Assembly (NCBI GenBank): GCA_016213885.1
Contig: JACQZM010000067.1
Location: 1-57,367, forward strand
Reading direction: 5' to 3'
Origin: Candidatus Rifleibacteriota bacterium
Lineage (GTDB): Bacteria > Muiribacteriota > UBA6191 > JACPRK01 > JACQZM01
DNA length: 57,367 nucleotides
In this document: positions 55,266-57,367 of the stretch, piece by piece
Layout: each line of letters opens with the position of its first letter
Position numbering within the stretch: position 1 is the stretch's first letter
Made by a program: the position numbers and the translations under genes
Notes under the pieces: generated by a model
Seen by the model: the letters and a program-made list of their open reading frames with translations, nothing else
Database searches by the model: none
What the model was told of the DNA's origin: nothing

Positions 55266-56768
55266 ATGAAGCGACTGGTCTGGCTGATCCTAGGCATGGT
55301 GGTGTGCTCTGTCCCGGCGTTCGCCCAAGGGGCCGCCGCCACCCCTTCGCCGGCTCCCGCCCCCGCGGCAGCCGCGTCTCCCGACGCTCATGCCGGGCAT
55401 GACCACGGCCAGGCGATGCCCTCCCCGAGCCCCGAAGAGAGACCGCTGCTCGAGAAGATGGAGCGCCTGAAGTCGCAGCCGCCCAAGAACGATGCCGAAG
55501 ACCAGAAGATGCGCAAGGAGTACACGGCACTCCTGAAGGAGTACGTGAAGAAGTTCCCGGCGACTCCCCGGACGCCCCAGGCGCTCCAGGCGCTGGTGCA
55601 GCTCTTGGCCACGGGCAACCAGGTACCGGAGGCGGAGCAGACCGCGAAGGAGTTCCAGGCGAGTGCCAAGGGGCCCCAGGCGCAGATGTTCGCCTGCGCC
55701 CTCCTGGTCGACCTGTACATGAACGTCGGTCAGGAGGCCAAGGCGATCGGCTTCCTGCTGGACTACCTGAAGCAGGGGTCCAATCTCGGACACGAGCCGA
55801 TGCTGGCCTACAAGCTGGCGGGGCTGCTGTCCGATCAGGACCGGTACGGTGAGGCGATCGGGGTGCTGGAGTCGTTTCTCAAGAAGGAGATTCCGCCGGC
55901 CCAGATGACCAGGTTCGAGCTGCGCATCGCCGACCTCCACATCAGCGCCGGTCGCCCCAAGGATGCCATCGACAAGCTCGAGGCGCTCCGGAAGCTGCAG
56001 CTCTCGGACGAGGACAAGTCTCTCTCGACGTATTTCCTGGGAATGGGCCATGCGGCGCTCTCCAAGGCGCTCAAGGGGCCGGACTCCGAGAGGGCGCGGA
56101 AGAAGGCGTTCAGCTTCTTCGACACGCTGATGACCGGGGCGAGAAAGGACATCAACGCCAACTACCCCTACGGTGCCATGGCGTTCTCGGCCGCCGCCGA
56201 TCTGCTCCTGTCCACCGGCGACAAGGCCGGGGCGCTGAAGCTCTACGAGGAGATGGGCAAGCTGTACAAGGAGCGGCCCGAAGGGATGTTCGCGGAGCGG
56301 GCCGCCAAGGACGCGGCCTGGACCGGCAAGCAGGCCCCGGACTTCTCCGGGCCGACCCTGGACGGCAAGACCGTCACCCTCAAGGAGCTGGCCGGCAAGC
56401 TGGTGCTGCTGGACTTCTGGGCCACCTGGTGTCAGCCCTGCATCGGCGAGATCCCCTTGCTCAAGAGGATCGCCAAGAACGCCGCGGGGAGACCGCTGGC
56501 CATCGTCTCGGTGAGCCTGGACAATCCGAAGCAGCTCTCCCAGCTCAAGCGGTTCGTCGACATGCAGGGTCTCACGTGGTCCCAGGTGCACGACGGGAAG
56601 GTCTGGGAGAGCCCGATCGTGAAGAAGTACGAGGTCACCGGGATCCCGGCCTGCTTCCTCATCGACGAGAAGGGCCAGATCGTCCGGTCCGGTCTCAGGG
56701 GCCACCACCTGAAAGACGTGATCCAGCAGGAGCTTGCGAGGCTGGACCAGGCCAAGCAGGGGAAGTGA
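55266..56768 (+). CDS. TPR-containing TlpA/ResA-family thiol-disulfide oxidoreductase (thioredoxin fold)
   Basis: Signal peptide, TPR-like helical region, then APDFSGPTLDGKTVTLKELAGKLVLLDFWATWCQPCIGEIP with a WCxPC active site. Confidence 0.9.
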   Translation: MKRLVWLILGMVVCSVPAFAQGAAATPSPAPAPAAAASPDAHAGHDHGQAMPSPSPEERPLLEKMERLKSQPPKNDAEDQKMRKEYTALLKEYVKKFPATPRTPQALQALVQLLATGNQVPEAEQTAKEFQASAKGPQAQMFACALLVDLYMNVGQEAKAIGFLLDYLKQGSNLGHEPMLAYKLAGLLSDQDRYGEAIGVLESFLKKEIPPAQMTRFELRIADLHISAGRPKDAIDKLEALRKLQLSDEDKSLSTYFLGMGHAALSKALKGPDSERARKKAFSFFDTLMTGARKDINANYPYGAMAFSAAADLLLSTGDKAGALKLYEEMGKLYKERPEGMFAERAAKDAAWTGKQAPDFSGPTLDGKTVTLKELAGKLVLLDFWATWCQPCIGEIPLLKRIAKNAAGRPLAIVSVSLDNPKQLSQLKRFVDMQGLTWSQVHDGKVWESPIVKKYEVTGIPACFLIDEKGQIVRSGLRGHHLKDVIQQELARLDQAKQGK

Positions 56769-56822
56769 CGGTCCGGGGGGGGGCTGTCCCGGTCCCTCGC
56801 GATCGAAGCTGCCGGGCAGTCG

Positions 56823-57367
56823 TCAGGCCGCCGGGCGCGAGAGCACCAGCATGACCGAGGTCCCCAGCGGGAGATCGACGGACCCGACGAGGGCGGTCTC
56901 TGCCCGGTAGAGTAGCGACAGCAGACCGTTGAGCGCTCGGGGCAGCGGCCTGATGTCCGATCGAGGGGGGCAGGTCGACGGCCGGGGCCTGATCGTCTCG
57001 AGGAGACGCTGCGTCAGCCTGTACAGCGCCACCGGGACGCCCAGCGTGACGTTCAGATAGCCCGCGCGAACCACGGTGAACCCGGCCCCCCGGACGAGCC
57101 GGACGAGGTTCGACCGACGGTACCGTCGATGGTGATGGTTCGCCTCGTCGTGCTGCGTCCAGAGACACTGGAAGGCAGGTACCACCAGCCCCATGCGTCC
57201 CCCCGGCGCCAGGACCCGGAACAGCTCGATCAGCGCCCGCCGGTCGTCGCGCACATGCTCCAGGACGTCGCAGCAGTAGACCAGCTGGAACGACCGATCG
57301 GCAAACGGGAGCGACTCGAGGTCGCCGGCGAGCAGCTTGCCCGGAGTGCGAGCGGCCGCACGCTCCA
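56823..57367 (-). CDS. Class I SAM-dependent methyltransferase (5' end beyond the window)
   Basis: The frame stays open to the window edge. ..DLESLPFADRSFQLVYCCDVLEHVRDDRRALIELFRVLAPGGRMGLVVP is a typical Methyltransf_11-type post-motif-I region. Confidence 0.85.
   Translation of the reverse strand, partial: ERAAARTPGKLLAGDLESLPFADRSFQLVYCCDVLEHVRDDRRALIELFRVLAPGGRMGLVVPAFQCLWTQHDEANHHHRRYRRSNLVRLVRGAGFTVVRAGYLNVTLGVPVALYRLTQRLLETIRPRPSTCPPRSDIRPLPRALNGLLSLLYRAETALVGSVDLPLGTSVMLVLSRPAA

Overview
Strongly GC-rich bacterial chromosomal window, densely coding on both strands. I support about 50 genes. I found no rRNA, tRNA, CRISPR array, transposase or integrase. The gene content (many TPR/HEAT proteins, Hanks-type Ser/Thr kinases, very divergent prepilin-like proteins) fits a PVC/Planctomycetota-like or similar diderm lineage, but that is inference only.

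Layout:
- 459-4887: overlapping type IIA topoisomerase A and B subunits.
- 5512-9791: TPR / peptidase-MA-like / HEAT pair.
- 10916-11773: DnaQ-like exonuclease.
- 11926-17794: partial type II secretion core (gspC-like, gspE, gspD).
- 18015-18914: endonuclease IV.
- 18844-21657 and 27127-29232: two Ser/Thr kinases.
- 31166-33914 and 41786-47077: peptide-handling genes (ATP-grasp, PepD, OPT transporter, PqqD-like, M20, DUF885, MFS).
- 55266-56768: TlpA-type thiol-disulfide oxidoreductase.

Most interesting observations:
1. A 55-codon ORF at 23701-23868 is too short for the supplied ORF track. It ends in Gly-Gly-Glu and is translationally coupled to a PafA/Dop (Pup-ligase) family gene. That gene carries a two-helix hydrophobic insertion and a single in-frame TAA. 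No proteasome or Mpa genes are in the window.
2. A four-gene module (CXXCH lipoprotein plus three prepilin-like proteins) is tandemly duplicated at 33911-39684. A roughly 230-bp element closed by a 24-bp inverted repeat sits inside it.
3. A Dlt-like envelope acylation cluster lies at 47283-53332. It has a DltC-like carrier, an adenylating ligase, a MBOAT, two membrane-anchored SGNH hydrolases and two tiny DltX/DUF5989-like membrane peptides, one of them unlisted in the ORF track.
4. A mosaic intergenic repeat family is present at two loci, plus a partial third copy.

Three genes (gspD, a TPR protein, the MFS transporter) need a frame change to be read through. These may be assembly indels at homopolymers rather than biology.
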